Source: Deltaproteobacteria bacterium (GTDB lineage Bacteria > Desulfobacterota > Binatia > Binatales > Binataceae). Taken from it: a DNA stretch of 33,091 bases. The stretch lies in the NCBI GenBank assembly GCA_021780585.1, contig JAJXYM010000193.1, forward strand, positions 1 to 33,091. The letters are read 5' to 3'. Every line of letters begins with the position of its first letter. Position 1 is the first letter of the stretch. The notes under the pieces are model-generated. The model searched no databases, was not told the origin of the DNA, and saw only the letters and a list, made by a program, of their open reading frames with translations. This document shows positions 7,232-18,524 of this stretch, in pieces. The translations under genes were made by a program, and so were the position numbers.

Positions 7232-9067
7232 TCAGCCGATTCGCGCCGCCGAGGGCGCTGCCGCCGCGGCCCGTCGCACCGTCGGCATCCGGATGATCAC
7301 GGTCGCGCCGACGCCGTCCGCGGATTGAATATCCATCGTCCCATGATGGAGATCGACGGCGCGCAGCGCGAGCGGCAGTCCGAGGCCGTTGCCGTTCTTT
7401 TTGGTGGTAAAATAGAGATTGAAGATTCGCGCGAGGTTTTCCGGCGCGATGCCGCCGCCGCTGTCGGCGATTCGGATTTCGACGAAGCCGCCCGGCGCGA
7501 GCGCGGTCGTGAGCCGGAGTGTGCCGCCCGCCGCCGCCATCGCGTCGCAGGCGTTCGCGATTACGTTGCGCAGCGCTTCGGCCAGCAGCGCGCGATCGGC
7601 GCTGATCGGCGGCAGGCCGGGGTCGAAGCCGGTTTCGACGCGGATTCCCGATCGGACCACCTGCCCGGCGACTTCGCTGAGCAGTTCGTTGACGGCAACC
7701 GGCGCGAGCTTGAGCTGCTCCGGCCGCATGAAGCGCATCAGCGCGTCGATCGCGCGCGACAAGCGCTCGATCTCCTGACGCACCGCGCGCAGCCGCTGAT
7801 CGATCGGCGCGCCGCGCTCGGCGTCCTGACCAAGCAGCTCGAGCTGCAGGTTCATCGCGTTGAGCGGATTACGGATCTGGTGGGCGACGCCCGAGATCAG
7901 GCCGCCGAGCCGCACCAGCCGGCCGGAATAATCGACCACATTTTCGAGTTCCCGCATCGATTCCAGATCGCGCGCGACCACCAGCAGGCCGGCGGGCTCG
8001 GGGCCCTGGCCGAGCGAGGAGATCGACACCAGCACGCGGCCGGCGTTTTCGCCCGCGCCCAGCTCCAGCGCCACGTCGCGCATCTCGGCGCCGGTGGCGT
8101 AGACCGTTTCGACCATCCGCGCGAGCGGATTGTCGCGGCCGAGCAGCAGCGGCAGCGGTTTGCCCTCGGCCATGCCGCCGGCGGGCAATCCCAGCCGGGT
8201 CTGCGCCTCGGGATTCGCGAACAGCACTGCGCCGCCCGCGTCGAGCAGCATCACGGCGTCGGTAATCGAGCGGAAGATATTGATGAACTGGCCGCGCTCG
8301 GTCTCCCATTGCGCGCGATTCGCCTTGATCCGCCGCGACAGTTCGTTGAACTTGGCGGCGAGCGTGCCAAGCTCGTCGCCCGAGCCGACCGGCAGCGCTT
8401 CGGCGTCGCGACCCTCGGCGATCCGTTCGAACCGCGTGGCCAGATCGGCCAGCGGACGCAGCATCAGCCCGCCCGTCAGCATCGCGCCGAGCAGGCTCAG
8501 GACCACGCCGGCGGCGCCGGCGGCGAGGATGTCGCGGACCGAGCGATGCGCCGCGGCGGCGATCAGCGCGGTCGAAAGACCGACGCGAATCACCGCGAGC
8601 GGATGGCCGTTGACGTCGATCGCCCGGCTCATCTCGTAAGTGCGGCCGCCGGCGATCGCGCCGAACCGGCTGGGCGGCCACCATGAGGCGAGCGCGGCGC
8701 GCAAATCGGCGAAGGGCGGCGTCGCCGCGATCGCGGCGGGCGGCGGATCGCCGGCCGGAGCGACGATCGGCGCGCCATCGAGCGCTTCGATCCGCGCGTA
8801 GACCACGCCCTTGCCGAACGCCTGCGCGGAATCGAGCAGCGTGGCGAGGGCGGCGTCGCCGCGCATCGCGGCGACCGGATCGCCGGTCGTATGGGTCAGG
8901 GAGCGGCGAATTTGCTCGAAGGCCTGGTTGATCAGCAGGTTGCCGGAATCGGCCAAATCGCCGACCATCACAGCGGCGGTGCGATCGATCTGAATCGCGC
9001 TGATGGCGACAAACGGCAATACCAGCAGGAGCAGGAAAATCGCGGCGAGTTTGGAGCGGAGGTCCAT
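7232..9067 (-). CDS. Membrane sensor histidine kinase (2 TM, HAMP, PAS, HisKA, HATPase) with atypical H-box (HQ)
   Basis: Two hydrophobic segments; HAMP 'RPLADLATRFERIAEG...GDELGTLAAKFNEL'; PAS 'DAVMLLDAGGAVLFANPEA'; H-box 'GVAHQIRNPLNAM'; N-box 'NVIANACDAM'; G1 'DSGGGI', F 'IFNLYFTTK', G2 'GNGLGL'. Start is ATG 9067 or TTG 9073. Confidence 0.9.
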   Translation of the reverse strand: MDLRSKLAAIFLLLLVLPFVAISAIQIDRTAAVMVGDLADSGNLLINQAFEQIRRSLTHTTGDPVAAMRGDAALATLLDSAQAFGKGVVYARIEALDGAPIVAPAGDPPPAAIAATPPFADLRAALASWWPPSRFGAIAGGRTYEMSRAIDVNGHPLAVIRVGLSTALIAAAAHRSVRDILAAGAAGVVLSLLGAMLTGGLMLRPLADLATRFERIAEGRDAEALPVGSGDELGTLAAKFNELSRRIKANRAQWETERGQFINIFRSITDAVMLLDAGGAVLFANPEAQTRLGLPAGGMAEGKPLPLLLGRDNPLARMVETVYATGAEMRDVALELGAGENAGRVLVSISSLGQGPEPAGLLVVARDLESMRELENVVDYSGRLVRLGGLISGVAHQIRNPLNAMNLQLELLGQDAERGAPIDQRLRAVRQEIERLSRAIDALMRFMRPEQLKLAPVAVNELLSEVAGQVVRSGIRVETGFDPGLPPISADRALLAEALRNVIANACDAMAAAGGTLRLTTALAPGGFVEIRIADSGGGIAPENLARIFNLYFTTKKNGNGLGLPLALRAVDLHHGTMDIQSADGVGATVIIRMPTVRRAAAAAPSAARIG

Positions 9068-9294
9068 CGTCAACGGCCGACGCGCCGGACGCGTGGCGGC
9101 GGACGTCGCCGATCCACGCTATCACGGTGGTCTCCGCGATCAACCGCCGCGTGGCGGAGCCTCGCGCCTTGGCTCAGAATAGCGCCGTCTGGCGGCGTCT
9201 GGCGCGCCGGGATCATCCGCGCACCGAGCGACCGGGAGAAGAAATTCACCCTGACGGAGCGATCTCTGGCGATGCTATCGATGCGGGCAGGTCG

Positions 9295-9404
9295 GATGCG
9301 CGCCGGCCGCCCGCTGTCGTATGACCACCCCCGCCGCATCGAATTCCCCGCCCCGATCGCAAGTTCTCCCCCGATCGGGTTCCGCACGGGCGGCCGGCCG
9401 CATC
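9295..9404. repeat. Long inverted repeat immediately downstream of the sigma54 regulator stop codon
   Basis: GATGCGCGCCGGCCGCCCG (9295-9313) versus CGGGCGGCCGGCCGCATC (9387-9404): 18 bp of pairing with a 1-nt bulge. Confidence 0.6.
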
Positions 9405-9410
9405 GCGGCG

Positions 9411-10756
<1,346 letters not shown>

Positions 10757-10757
<1 letters not shown>

Positions 10758-12541
10758 CAGTGATGCGTCGGGGCCGGCAGTTCGACGATAAAGCGGCTGC
10801 CGCCGCCCTCGGGAGATTCGACGAAGATGCGTCCGCTGTGCGCCTGAACGATGTCCTTGGCGATCGCGAGGCCGAGTCCGGCGGCTCCTTTTTCGGCTCC
10901 GTCGGCGCCGAACTGGGCGTATTTCTCGAAGATGTAGTTGCGGATCGCGGGCGGGATGCCGGGGCCGGAATCGGCGACCTCGATCCGCACCACGCCCGCG
11001 CCCGGATGCACCGCGATTTCGATGCGTCCGCCGGCGGGAGTGTAGCGCAGCGCGTTGCCGACCAGATTTGACACCACCCAGGAGAGTTTCACCGGATCGC
11101 CCTCGAGAACCGGCGCCGCGTCGATCTTCTTGCACAACTGTATGCCCTTTTCGTGCGCCTGGATATTGAAGCGATCGGCCACCTGCGCGACGATGCGCGC
11201 GAGATCGAGCGGGGCCCGTTCGAGCGTGATCGCGCCGGTGTCGCCGCGCGCCAGATTGAGCAGGTTGTCGCTCAGAAGCTTCATCCGGGCGCATTCCTCG
11301 AGAATCGCCTGGACCAGATCGCGCTGGCGCGGCGCGAGCGCGGCTTCCTCGCGGCTCAGCAGTTCGGCCGAAAGCGCGAGCGAGGTGAGCGGCGTGCGTA
11401 ATTCATGGGAGAGCGTCGCGACCAGATTGGCGCGCGCGCGATCCTGATCGCGCAGGTAGGTCACGTCCTGCAGCAGCAGGATCGTGCCGAGCGCGTTGGC
11501 GGCTCCGTGGCGCAGCGGAATCGGCTTGAGCACGAACGAATGGTCGCGCCCGCGCATATGCAGCGTGACCTCGACGCGCTCGCCCGCCGCGCCCTTTTTC
11601 AGCATCCGGAGCGCGTCGCGCACGCGCAGGTAGTGCGGATGGTTGCTGGAGAGATCGTCGAAGGCGGCGCCGAGGGCGTCATGCTGCTCGAGGCCCAGAA
11701 TCAGCGCGGCGGTCTGATTGATATGGATGACCACGCCGTCGCGATCGATCAGCACGACGCCGTCCTCGAGGCTTTCGATAATCGCTTCGGTCTTGCTTTT
11801 TTCGAACACCAGACGCTCGACGTTGAGCTGATCGTATTGTTCGAGCCGTTCGGCCATCTCGTTGAACTCGCGCGCGACGGCGTCGAGTTCGGCGAGCTTC
11901 TGCGGACCCAGCCGCAGATGGGCGCGGCGCTGGCTGACGCCGCGCAGGCGCTCGGCGAGATCGGTCAGCGGATGCGCGAGCGTCCATCCGAGCCACCACG
12001 AAAGCGCCGTCCCGAGCGCCATCACCAGCGCGAGGCCGAGGCCGAATTCGTAGGCGAGGCGCGCGCCGAGGCGGCTCGCGCGGCTGTCCGCGCGGAACAT
12101 CGCGGTCTTGTTCATCGCGATCAGATCGTCGAGGCGGCCGTGCAGCGCGGCGAAGTCGGCGTCGTGGCCGGAATTGGCCGGCGCGCGCGCGCCCGCGGCG
12201 AACAGCCGATCGGCGCGGCGGTGGATGTCGTCCGCGAGTTCGGGCTCGCCAACCTCAGTGAAGTCGTGGTCCTCGATCTCGAGCCAGTGGAAAAATTCAG
12301 CGCGCGCGGCCGGCGCCGCGGCCGGGGCGCGGCCTTCGAGCTCCGCGATCTGCAAAGCGCGCAGCGCCGCGTGCATATGCTGCGCGGCGTCGATACTGAT
12401 GTAATTGCGGTACAGCGTTTCGCGGATCGCGCCGCCCAGCCGGTAGACGTGGGGCAGCGTATAAAGTCCCAGCAGCACCACCATCACCAGCATCGCGAGC
12501 GAGCCGTTGCGGATGCTGCTGCGGAGGGTGGGGCGGCTCAT
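10757..12541 (-). CDS. Sensor histidine kinase (TM, periplasmic helical bundle, TM, HAMP, PAS, HisKA, HATPase), KinB-like, kdp-associated
   Basis: H-box 'SHELRTPLTS', N-box 'NLVGNALRYTP', G1 'DSGPGIP', G2 'GLGLAIAKDIV'; HAMP 'ELDAVAREFNEMAERL'; PAS 'ESLEDGVVLID'. ATGA overlap with the upstream KdpD-like gene. Confidence 0.93.
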
Positions 12542-13698
12542 GAGCTTTCCTCGGGCGCCGCGGCGGCGGCGATTTCGACGTCGAGATCGGGCGCCGCCGC
12601 CACCAGCCGCAGCGGCACCGCGCGGCCGAACCAGCGGCGCCAGAGCGGCTGGCGGGTGCGCCCGACGATGATTTTGGTGACCCCGTGCTCGCGCGCGAAA
12701 TCGACCATCGCGCGCACCACGTCGTCGGCTTTGAGCCAGACGGTCTCCGCGCCGAGATCGCCCGCCAGGTTGATATTGTCGAGCAGCTTGACGAAATTGC
12801 CGGTGTCGACGCGCGCGACGGATTCCGCCGGCGTCTCGACATGCACGGCGTACCAGTCGGCGTTGAGCTGGCCGGCGATGCGCGAGGCCTTGCGCAGCAG
12901 GGCCGCGCTATCGGCGGGATTCGACGACAGCCCGACCATCAGGCGGTCGCCGACGAAGGTGCGCCGGCCGCCCTCGCGCTGGCGGGTTTCGAGATCCTCG
13001 CGCCGGCGATTCAGCCCGCGCGCGATTTCGCGCAGCGCCAGCTCGCGCAGCGACGTAAGATTGCTCGGCTTGAAGAAATTCCTCAGCGCCTGCTCGACGT
13101 GATCGGCCGGATAAATCTTGCCCTCGCGCAGCCGTTCGCGCAGCCCCTCGATACTCAGATCGACGTTAACGACCTGGTCGGCGCGCGACAGCACCGCGTC
13201 GGGCACGGTCTCGCGCACGTCGACGCCGGTGACGCGGCGGACGATCGCGTTGAGGCTTTCGAGGTGCTGGATATTCATCGCGGTGATGACGTTGACGCCG
13301 GCGGCGAGCAGATCTTCGACGTCCTGCCAGCGTTTTTCGTGGCGCGAGCCGGCGGCGTTGGTATGCGGCAATTCGTCGACGATCGCCCATTCGGGCTTGC
13401 GCGCGACAATCGCGTCGAGGTCCATCTCCTCGATCGTCACGCCGCGATAGGCGAGACGTCGGCGCGGCACCACCTCAAGGCCGACGATGCGCTCGGCGGT
13501 TTCCGCGCGGCCGTGGGTCTCGACGAAGCCGACCACGATATCGACGCCGCGCTGGCGCATCTGATGCGCTTCTTCGAGCATCCGGTAGGTCTTGCCGACG
13601 CCGGCCGCCGCGCCGAGATAAATTTTCAGTAGCCCGCGCTGCGGATGCGGCGCGAGATCGAGGAAACTTTCAGGTTCGGGGCGCTTATCCTGAGCCAT
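12538..13698 (-). CDS. kdpD: Stand-alone KdpD N-terminal domain plus Usp domain (no TM, GAF or kinase transmitter)
   Basis: 'RGLLKIYLGAAAGVGKTYRML', 'VVGFVETHGR', 'IVDELPHTN..GSRHEKRWQDVEDLLAAG...NIQHLESLN', 'VRETVPD', 'NLTSLRELAL'; Usp 'LMVGLSS...HGVTKIIVG'. The protein ends at 386 aa. Confidence 0.93.
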   Translation of the reverse strand: MAQDKRPEPESFLDLAPHPQRGLLKIYLGAAAGVGKTYRMLEEAHQMRQRGVDIVVGFVETHGRAETAERIVGLEVVPRRRLAYRGVTIEEMDLDAIVARKPEWAIVDELPHTNAAGSRHEKRWQDVEDLLAAGVNVITAMNIQHLESLNAIVRRVTGVDVRETVPDAVLSRADQVVNVDLSIEGLRERLREGKIYPADHVEQALRNFFKPSNLTSLRELALREIARGLNRRREDLETRQREGGRRTFVGDRLMVGLSSNPADSAALLRKASRIAGQLNADWYAVHVETPAESVARVDTGNFVKLLDNINLAGDLGAETVWLKADDVVRAMVDFAREHGVTKIIVGRTRQPLWRRWFGRAVPLRLVAAAPDLDVEIAAAAAPEESS

Positions 13699-14286
13699 TC
13701 AGGAGCCGGTGGGCCGGCCGCCCGGGCGCAGGCGGTCGAGCGCGAGGTTGAGCATCAGCACGTTCACCCCCGGTTCGCCGAACAGGCCGAGAAAACGCGG
13801 CCGGGTGTTGGCGCGCACCAGCGCCTGGATCGCATCTTCGCCAAGCCCGCGCGCCTTCGCAACCCGGGGTATCTGCAACGCGGCGGCGGCCGGACTGATT
13901 TCGGGATCGAGGCCGCTGCCCGAGGCCGTCACCAGATCGACCGGCGCCGCGGTTGCGCCGGGATTGCGTTCGCGCAGCTCGCGGACGCGCGCGGCGACCG
14001 CCGTCGCGAGCGCCTTGTTGGTCGGCCCGAGATTCGAGCCGCCGGAGGCGTCGGCGTCGTAACCCTTGTCGCCGGCGGCGGAGGGACGGCCCTGGAAATA
14101 GCGCGGCGCGGAAAAGTTCTGCCCGATCAGCGACGAGCCGACGATCGCGCCGCCGCGCCGAACGAGACTGCCGTCAGCCTGGAACGGAAACAGCGCGTGG
14201 CCGATCTCCGCGATCGCCAATGGATAGACGAGCCCGGTCAGCACGGCCAGCACGATAGTCATTCGGAGGGCGACCCAAAGACGCAT
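13699..14286 (-). CDS. kdpC: K+-transporting ATPase subunit C
   Basis: 'GLVYPL..', 'QADGSL', 'GSSLIGQ.F..PRYFQGRPSA', 'SGGSNLGP', 'PVDLVTASGSGLDPEIS', 'GEPGVNVLMLNLALD'. Confidence 0.97.
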   Translation of the reverse strand: MRLWVALRMTIVLAVLTGLVYPLAIAEIGHALFPFQADGSLVRRGGAIVGSSLIGQNFSAPRYFQGRPSAAGDKGYDADASGGSNLGPTNKALATAVAARVRELRERNPGATAAPVDLVTASGSGLDPEISPAAAALQIPRVAKARGLGEDAIQALVRANTRPRFLGLFGEPGVNVLMLNLALDRLRPGGRPTGS

Positions 14287-14304
14287 AGCGATAGTCTCCG
14301 CGGT

Positions 14305-16350
14305 TCAGGCGAGATGCAGCGCCGAGACGATCAGGTCGATCGCCTTGATGCCGATGAACGGAACGATGACGCCGCCGAGGCCGTAGATCAGCAGGTTGCG
14401 CGTGAGGATCGCGGCCGCTCCCAGCGGCCGATAGGCGACGCCGCGCAGCGCCAGCGGAATCAACGCGACAATGATGAGGGCGTTGAAAATGACCGCCGAC
14501 AGGATCGCGCTCTCCGGCGTCGCCAGCCGCATGATGTTGAGCGACTGCAGATCCGGATAGCCGATCACGAACATCGCCGGAATAATCGCGAAGTATTTGG
14601 CGACGTCGTTGGCGATCGAAAAGGTGGTCAGCGCGCCGCGCGTGATCAGCAATTGCTTGCCGATCTCGACCACCTCCATCACCTTGGTCGGATTCGAATC
14701 GAGATCGACCATGTTGCCGGCTTCGCGCGCGGCCTGCGTGCCGGCGTTCATCGCGATGCCGACGTCGGCCTGGGCCAGCGCGGGCGCGTCGTTGGTGCCG
14801 TCGCCGATCATCGCGACCAGCTTGCCCTGCGCCTGCTCCTCGCGAATCAGCCTGAGCTTGGTTTCGGGCGTCGCTTCGGCGAGAAAGTCGTCGACGCCCG
14901 ATTCTTTCGCGATCGCGGCGGCGGTGAGCGGATTGTCGCCGGTGATCATCACGGTGCGCAGGCCCATCGCGCGCAATCGTTCGAAGCGTTCGCGGATGCC
15001 CTCCTTGACGACGTCCTTGAGATGGATCACGCCGAGCATCCGGGCGTTGTCCGCGACCACCAGCGGCGTGCCGCCCGAGCGCGCGATCCCTTCGACGATC
15101 GGGGCGAGGTCGGCGGGCGCGCGGCCGCCGCGCTCCTCGATGAACTTGATTACCGAGTCGGTGGCGCCCTTGCGAATCCGATGGCCGTGGAGATCGACGC
15201 CGCTCATCCGGGTCTGCGCCGAAAACGGGATGAACTGGGCGCCGTCGTCGCCAAGCTCGCGTCCGCGCAGTCCGTAGGCGCGCTTCGCCAGCACCACGAT
15301 CGAACGGCCCTCGGGCGTTTCGTCGGCGAGCGAGGCGAGTTGCGCCGCCTCCGCAAGTTCCTGCGGCAGCACGCCGGCGACCGGCAGAAACTCCTCGGCC
15401 ATCCGATTTCCCAGCGTGATCGTGCCGGTCTTGTCGAGCAGCAGCGTATCGACGTCGCCGGCGGCCTCGACCGCCCGGCCCGACATCGCGAGCACGTTAT
15501 GCTGCACCAGACGGTCCATCCCGGCGATGCCGATGGCGGAGAGCAGGCCGCCGATCGTGGTTGGAATCAGGCACACCAGCAGGGCGACCAGCACCGGCAG
15601 GGTCAGCACCGTGCCGCCATAGAGCGCGAACGGATAGAGCGACACGCACACCATCATGAAGATGATCGTGAGGCCGGCGAGCAGGATGCTGAGGGCGATT
15701 TCGTTGGGCGTTTTCTGGCGCTGCGCGCCCTCGACCAGGCCGATCATGCGATCGAGAAACGTCTCGCCGGGGTTGGCCGTGATACGCACCTTGATCCAGT
15801 CCGAGATGACCGTGGTGCCGCCGGTGACGGCGCTGCGATCGCCGCCGCTTTCGCGGATGACGGGCGCGGATTCGCCGGTGATTGCGGCCTCGTTGACGGC
15901 GGCGACGCCCTCGATCACTTCGCCGTCGCCGGGAATCACGTCGCCCGCCGCGACCATCACGACGTCGCCCTTGCGCAGTTCCGTCGCGGGCACGAGCGTC
16001 ACGGCTCCGCCGCCGGCGCCGATCCGTTTGGCCATCGTTTCGGTGCGCGTTTTGCGCAGATTGTCGGCCTGCGCCTTGCCGCGCCCTTCGGCCATCGCTT
16101 CGGCGAAATTGGCGAAGCCGACGGTGAACCAGAGCCAGATTGCGATCTGGACCTCGAAGCCGAGCTGCCGATGCGCTCCGGTCGCCAGATTGCCCACGAG
16201 GATCAGCGTGACGGCGAGCGCCGTGACCTCGACCACGAACATCACGGGATTTTTCGCCTGGACGCGCGGATCGAATTTGCGCAGTGAATCGAGCGCCGCG
16301 GCGCGGACGATTTTGCCGTCCCAGAGCGGGGTCGCCTTGCGTTCAGCCAT
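14305..16350 (-). CDS. kdpB: K+-transporting P-type ATPase subunit B
   Basis: 'KNPVMFVVE', '[15 protein letters not shown]', '[15 protein letters not shown]', phosphorylation motif 'DKTGTIT', 'TGDNPLTA', '[11 protein letters not shown]', '[11 protein letters not shown]'. Confidence 0.98.
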   Translation of the reverse strand: MAERKATPLWDGKIVRAAALDSLRKFDPRVQAKNPVMFVVEVTALAVTLILVGNLATGAHRQLGFEVQIAIWLWFTVGFANFAEAMAEGRGKAQADNLRKTRTETMAKRIGAGGGAVTLVPATELRKGDVVMVAAGDVIPGDGEVIEGVAAVNEAAITGESAPVIRESGGDRSAVTGGTTVISDWIKVRITANPGETFLDRMIGLVEGAQRQKTPNEIALSILLAGLTIIFMMVCVSLYPFALYGGTVLTLPVLVALLVCLIPTTIGGLLSAIGIAGMDRLVQHNVLAMSGRAVEAAGDVDTLLLDKTGTITLGNRMAEEFLPVAGVLPQELAEAAQLASLADETPEGRSIVVLAKRAYGLRGRELGDDGAQFIPFSAQTRMSGVDLHGHRIRKGATDSVIKFIEERGGRAPADLAPIVEGIARSGGTPLVVADNARMLGVIHLKDVVKEGIRERFERLRAMGLRTVMITGDNPLTAAAIAKESGVDDFLAEATPETKLRLIREEQAQGKLVAMIGDGTNDAPALAQADVGIAMNAGTQAAREAGNMVDLDSNPTKVMEVVEIGKQLLITRGALTTFSIANDVAKYFAIIPAMFVIGYPDLQSLNIMRLATPESAILSAVIFNALIIVALIPLALRGVAYRPLGAAAILTRNLLIYGLGGVIVPFIGIKAIDLIVSALHLA

Positions 16351-16415
16351 TGCCTGAGTTTCCGTTGTTCAATTAGTCAGTGAGTATTCAACCGGCCATT
16401 ACGGGCGAAGCCGCT

Positions 16416-18143
16416 TCAATAGAGCCGCCCGTGGCGCATCGCGAGTTGCTCGACGATCGGACCGAGCGCGTCGGCCGGAAAGAACGTCAGCGCCGCGACG
16501 ATCAGAATCACGCCGACCAGCAGAATGACGAAGACCGCGCCATTGGTCGGGAAGGTGCCGGCGCTGGGCGGAACCGTGCGTTTGGCCGCCAGCGATCCCG
16601 CCAGCGCGAGCACCGGTATTTTCATCAGGAAGCGCCCCGCGAGCATCACGAGGCCCAACGTGACGTTGTAGAAAGGCGTATTGGCGTTGAGGCCGGCGAA
16701 GGCCGATCCATTGTTCGCGGACGCCTCGGTGTAGGCGTAAAGGACTTGCGTGAAGCCGTGCGGACCGGGATTCGAGATTCCGGCCAGGCCGGCCGGCAGC
16801 ACGATCGCGATCGCGGCGGGAATCAGGATGACCAGCGGGAAGACGAGGATGAAGAGCATCGCGAGCTTCATCTCGCGCCCCTCGATTTTCTTGCCCAGAT
16901 ATTCCGGCGTCCGGCCGACCATCAGGCCCGCGATAAAGACCGCCAGCACGGCCATCACCAGCATTCCGTACAGTCCCGAGCCGACGCCGCCGAAGATGAT
17001 TTCGCCGATCTGCATGTTGAGCAGCGGGATCAGTCCGCCCAGCGGCGTGAAACTGTCGTGCATCGAATTGACCGCGCCACACGAGGTGTCGGTGGTGATC
17101 GTGGCCCAGAGCGCGGAATCAACGATGCCGAAACGGACCTCCTTGCCCTCCATGTTGCCGCCGCTTTGCGCGGCCGAGGCGCGTTGATCGGCGCCCGCGC
17201 GAGTCAGCATCGGATTGCCGCGCTGCTCGCTCCAGGTCGCGATCGCGACGCCCATCAGGAAGAGGATCGCCATCGCGCCGAACAGCGCCCATCCCTGACG
17301 CCGATCGCCGACCATCCGGCCGAACGTATGCGTCAGGCCCGCGCCGATCGAAATGATCGCGAGCATCTCGATCAGATCCGTAAGCGGCGTCGGATTTTCA
17401 TACGGATGCGCCGAGTTGGCGTTGAAAAAGCCGCCGCCGTTGGTGCCCAGCTCCTTGATCGCCTCCTGCGAGGCGACCGGACCCTGCGCGATCGTTTGTG
17501 TGGCGCCTGCGACGGTTTGCGTCTGAACGTACGGCGCGAAATTCTGCGGCACGCCCTGCCAGACCAGCGCGAGCGCCATCACGATGCTGAGCGGGAGCAG
17601 AATCCAGAGCGTCGCGCGCGTCAGATCGACCCAGAAGTTGCCGATCGTTTTCGCGTTGCGCCGCACAAAGCCGCGAATCACGGCGATCGCGATCGCGATT
17701 CCGGCGGCGGCGGAAACGAAATTGTGAAACGCCAGTCCCGCCATCTGCGTCAGGTAAGACATGGTCGATTCGCCGGCGTAGGCCTGCCAGTTGGTATTGG
17801 TGGTGAAGCTGGCGGCGGTGTTGAAGGCGAGATCGGGCGCGACCGCGCTCAATCCTTGCGGGTTCAGCGGCAGCAGGCCCTGCAGGCGCTGGAGCGCATA
17901 GAGCAGCAGCATCCCGGCCGCGCTGAACAGCAGCATCGCGACGGCGTATTCGACCCAGCTCTGTTCGGTTTCCGGATGGACGCCCGCGAGGCGATAGATC
18001 AGCCGCTCGATCGGCCTGAGCGCGGGATCGAGCAAGGTTGGTTCATGGCTGAAGACGCGCGCCATGTAGCGGCCGAGCGGCACGCTGATCGCGACGACGA
18101 TCAGGAAAAACAATCCGATTTGGATTACGGCGTTGGCGAGCAC
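16416..18143 (-). CDS. kdpA: K+-transporting ATPase subunit A (channel-like)
   Basis: Selectivity-filter motifs 'TNTNWQAY', 'GTNGGG', 'SCGAVN', 'NNGSAFAG'; '[15 protein letters not shown]'. GTG start with AGGAG RBS. Confidence 0.98.
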   Translation of the reverse strand: MLANAVIQIGLFFLIVVAISVPLGRYMARVFSHEPTLLDPALRPIERLIYRLAGVHPETEQSWVEYAVAMLLFSAAGMLLLYALQRLQGLLPLNPQGLSAVAPDLAFNTAASFTTNTNWQAYAGESTMSYLTQMAGLAFHNFVSAAAGIAIAIAVIRGFVRRNAKTIGNFWVDLTRATLWILLPLSIVMALALVWQGVPQNFAPYVQTQTVAGATQTIAQGPVASQEAIKELGTNGGGFFNANSAHPYENPTPLTDLIEMLAIISIGAGLTHTFGRMVGDRRQGWALFGAMAILFLMGVAIATWSEQRGNPMLTRAGADQRASAAQSGGNMEGKEVRFGIVDSALWATITTDTSCGAVNSMHDSFTPLGGLIPLLNMQIGEIIFGGVGSGLYGMLVMAVLAVFIAGLMVGRTPEYLGKKIEGREMKLAMLFILVFPLVILIPAAIAIVLPAGLAGISNPGPHGFTQVLYAYTEASANNGSAFAGLNANTPFYNVTLGLVMLAGRFLMKIPVLALAGSLAAKRTVPPSAGTFPTNGAVFVILLVGVILIVAALTFFPADALGPIVEQLAMRHGRLY

Positions 18144-18152
18144 GCGCTTCTC

Positions 18153-18245
18153 CTAGAATTTCTCCGGACGCAGCATCGCGTAAACGAGATATACGGTGAG
18201 CGCGGCGGCGATCGCCGACCCCAGCAGCAATTCCCATCCGTTCAT
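18153..18245 (-). CDS. kdpF: K+-transporting ATPase subunit F (30 aa; not in the ORF track)
   Basis: My translation: MNGWELLLGSAIAAALTVYLVYAMLRPEKF*, with the KdpF signature 'YL.YA.L.PE.F'. It lies directly upstream of kdpA. Confidence 0.93.
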   Translation of the reverse strand: MNGWELLLGSAIAAALTVYLVYAMLRPEKF

Positions 18246-18325
18246 AGTTTCGCGCATCCCCGGACGTAGCCGAGCGCGACCGCGAAGAAGGCGCACGTGG
18301 CCACGATGAAAATTACGTCGAGCAT
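18242..18325 (-). CDS. Small hydrophobic membrane peptide upstream of kdpF (27 aa, KdpZ-like; not in the ORF track)
   Basis: My translation: MLDVIFIVATCAFFAVALGYVRGCAKL*. It is a single TM helix with GC-rich third codon positions, and its stop overlaps the kdpF start (ATGA). Confidence 0.75.
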   Translation of the reverse strand: MLDVIFIVATCAFFAVALGYVRGCAKL

Positions 18326-18338
18326 GACGACTCGATAA

Positions 18339-18355
18339 TGCAGCTTCCGTGCCCC
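18339..18355 (-). promoter_or_regulatory. Putative sigma54 (-24/-12) promoter of the kdp operon
   Basis: Minus strand GGGGCACGGAAGCTGCA = GGCACG with exact GG-N10-GC(A) spacing. A sigma54 activator is encoded in the same operon. Confidence 0.7.
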
Positions 18356-18408
18356 GCGCGGATCGGGTGGGAAAAGCGGGGGTTTTCGCGCGGAAAGACC
18401 GGCGTTAA

Positions 18409-18443
18409 TGCGGAATGCGGTGGCGGCCGTGATGCAAATTGAA
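18409..18443. promoter_or_regulatory. Candidate tandem upstream activator sites for the sigma54 activator
   Basis: TGCG-GAA-TGCG (18409-18419) and TGCA-AAT-TGAA (18433-18443) are 24 bp apart and about 80-115 bp upstream of the inferred start site. Confidence 0.35.
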
Positions 18444-18524
18444 ACGGCGCCGCGACGCGCTCACACGCGTCCCCGGCGCCGTCACAGGCGGAAACTTCGG
18501 CGTGATTCGGGCGGCCGGCGCGTC

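Noticed and set aside
10758-11294. N-terminal 179 aa of the 627-aa ORF
   Set aside because: It overlaps the kinase in another frame; the receiver domain starts at ATG 10757.
12538-13698. kdpD as a truncated pseudogene
   Set aside because: It ends cleanly after the Usp domain and is ATGA-coupled to an intact kinase of a different architecture; no frameshifted KdpD TM/GAF remnant follows.
13645-18269. Long plus-strand ORFs (880 aa, 629 aa) and similar antisense ORFs across the window
   Set aside because: They are antisense mirrors of kdpB, kdpA and other well-supported genes, caused by GC-biased codon usage, and show no domain motifs.
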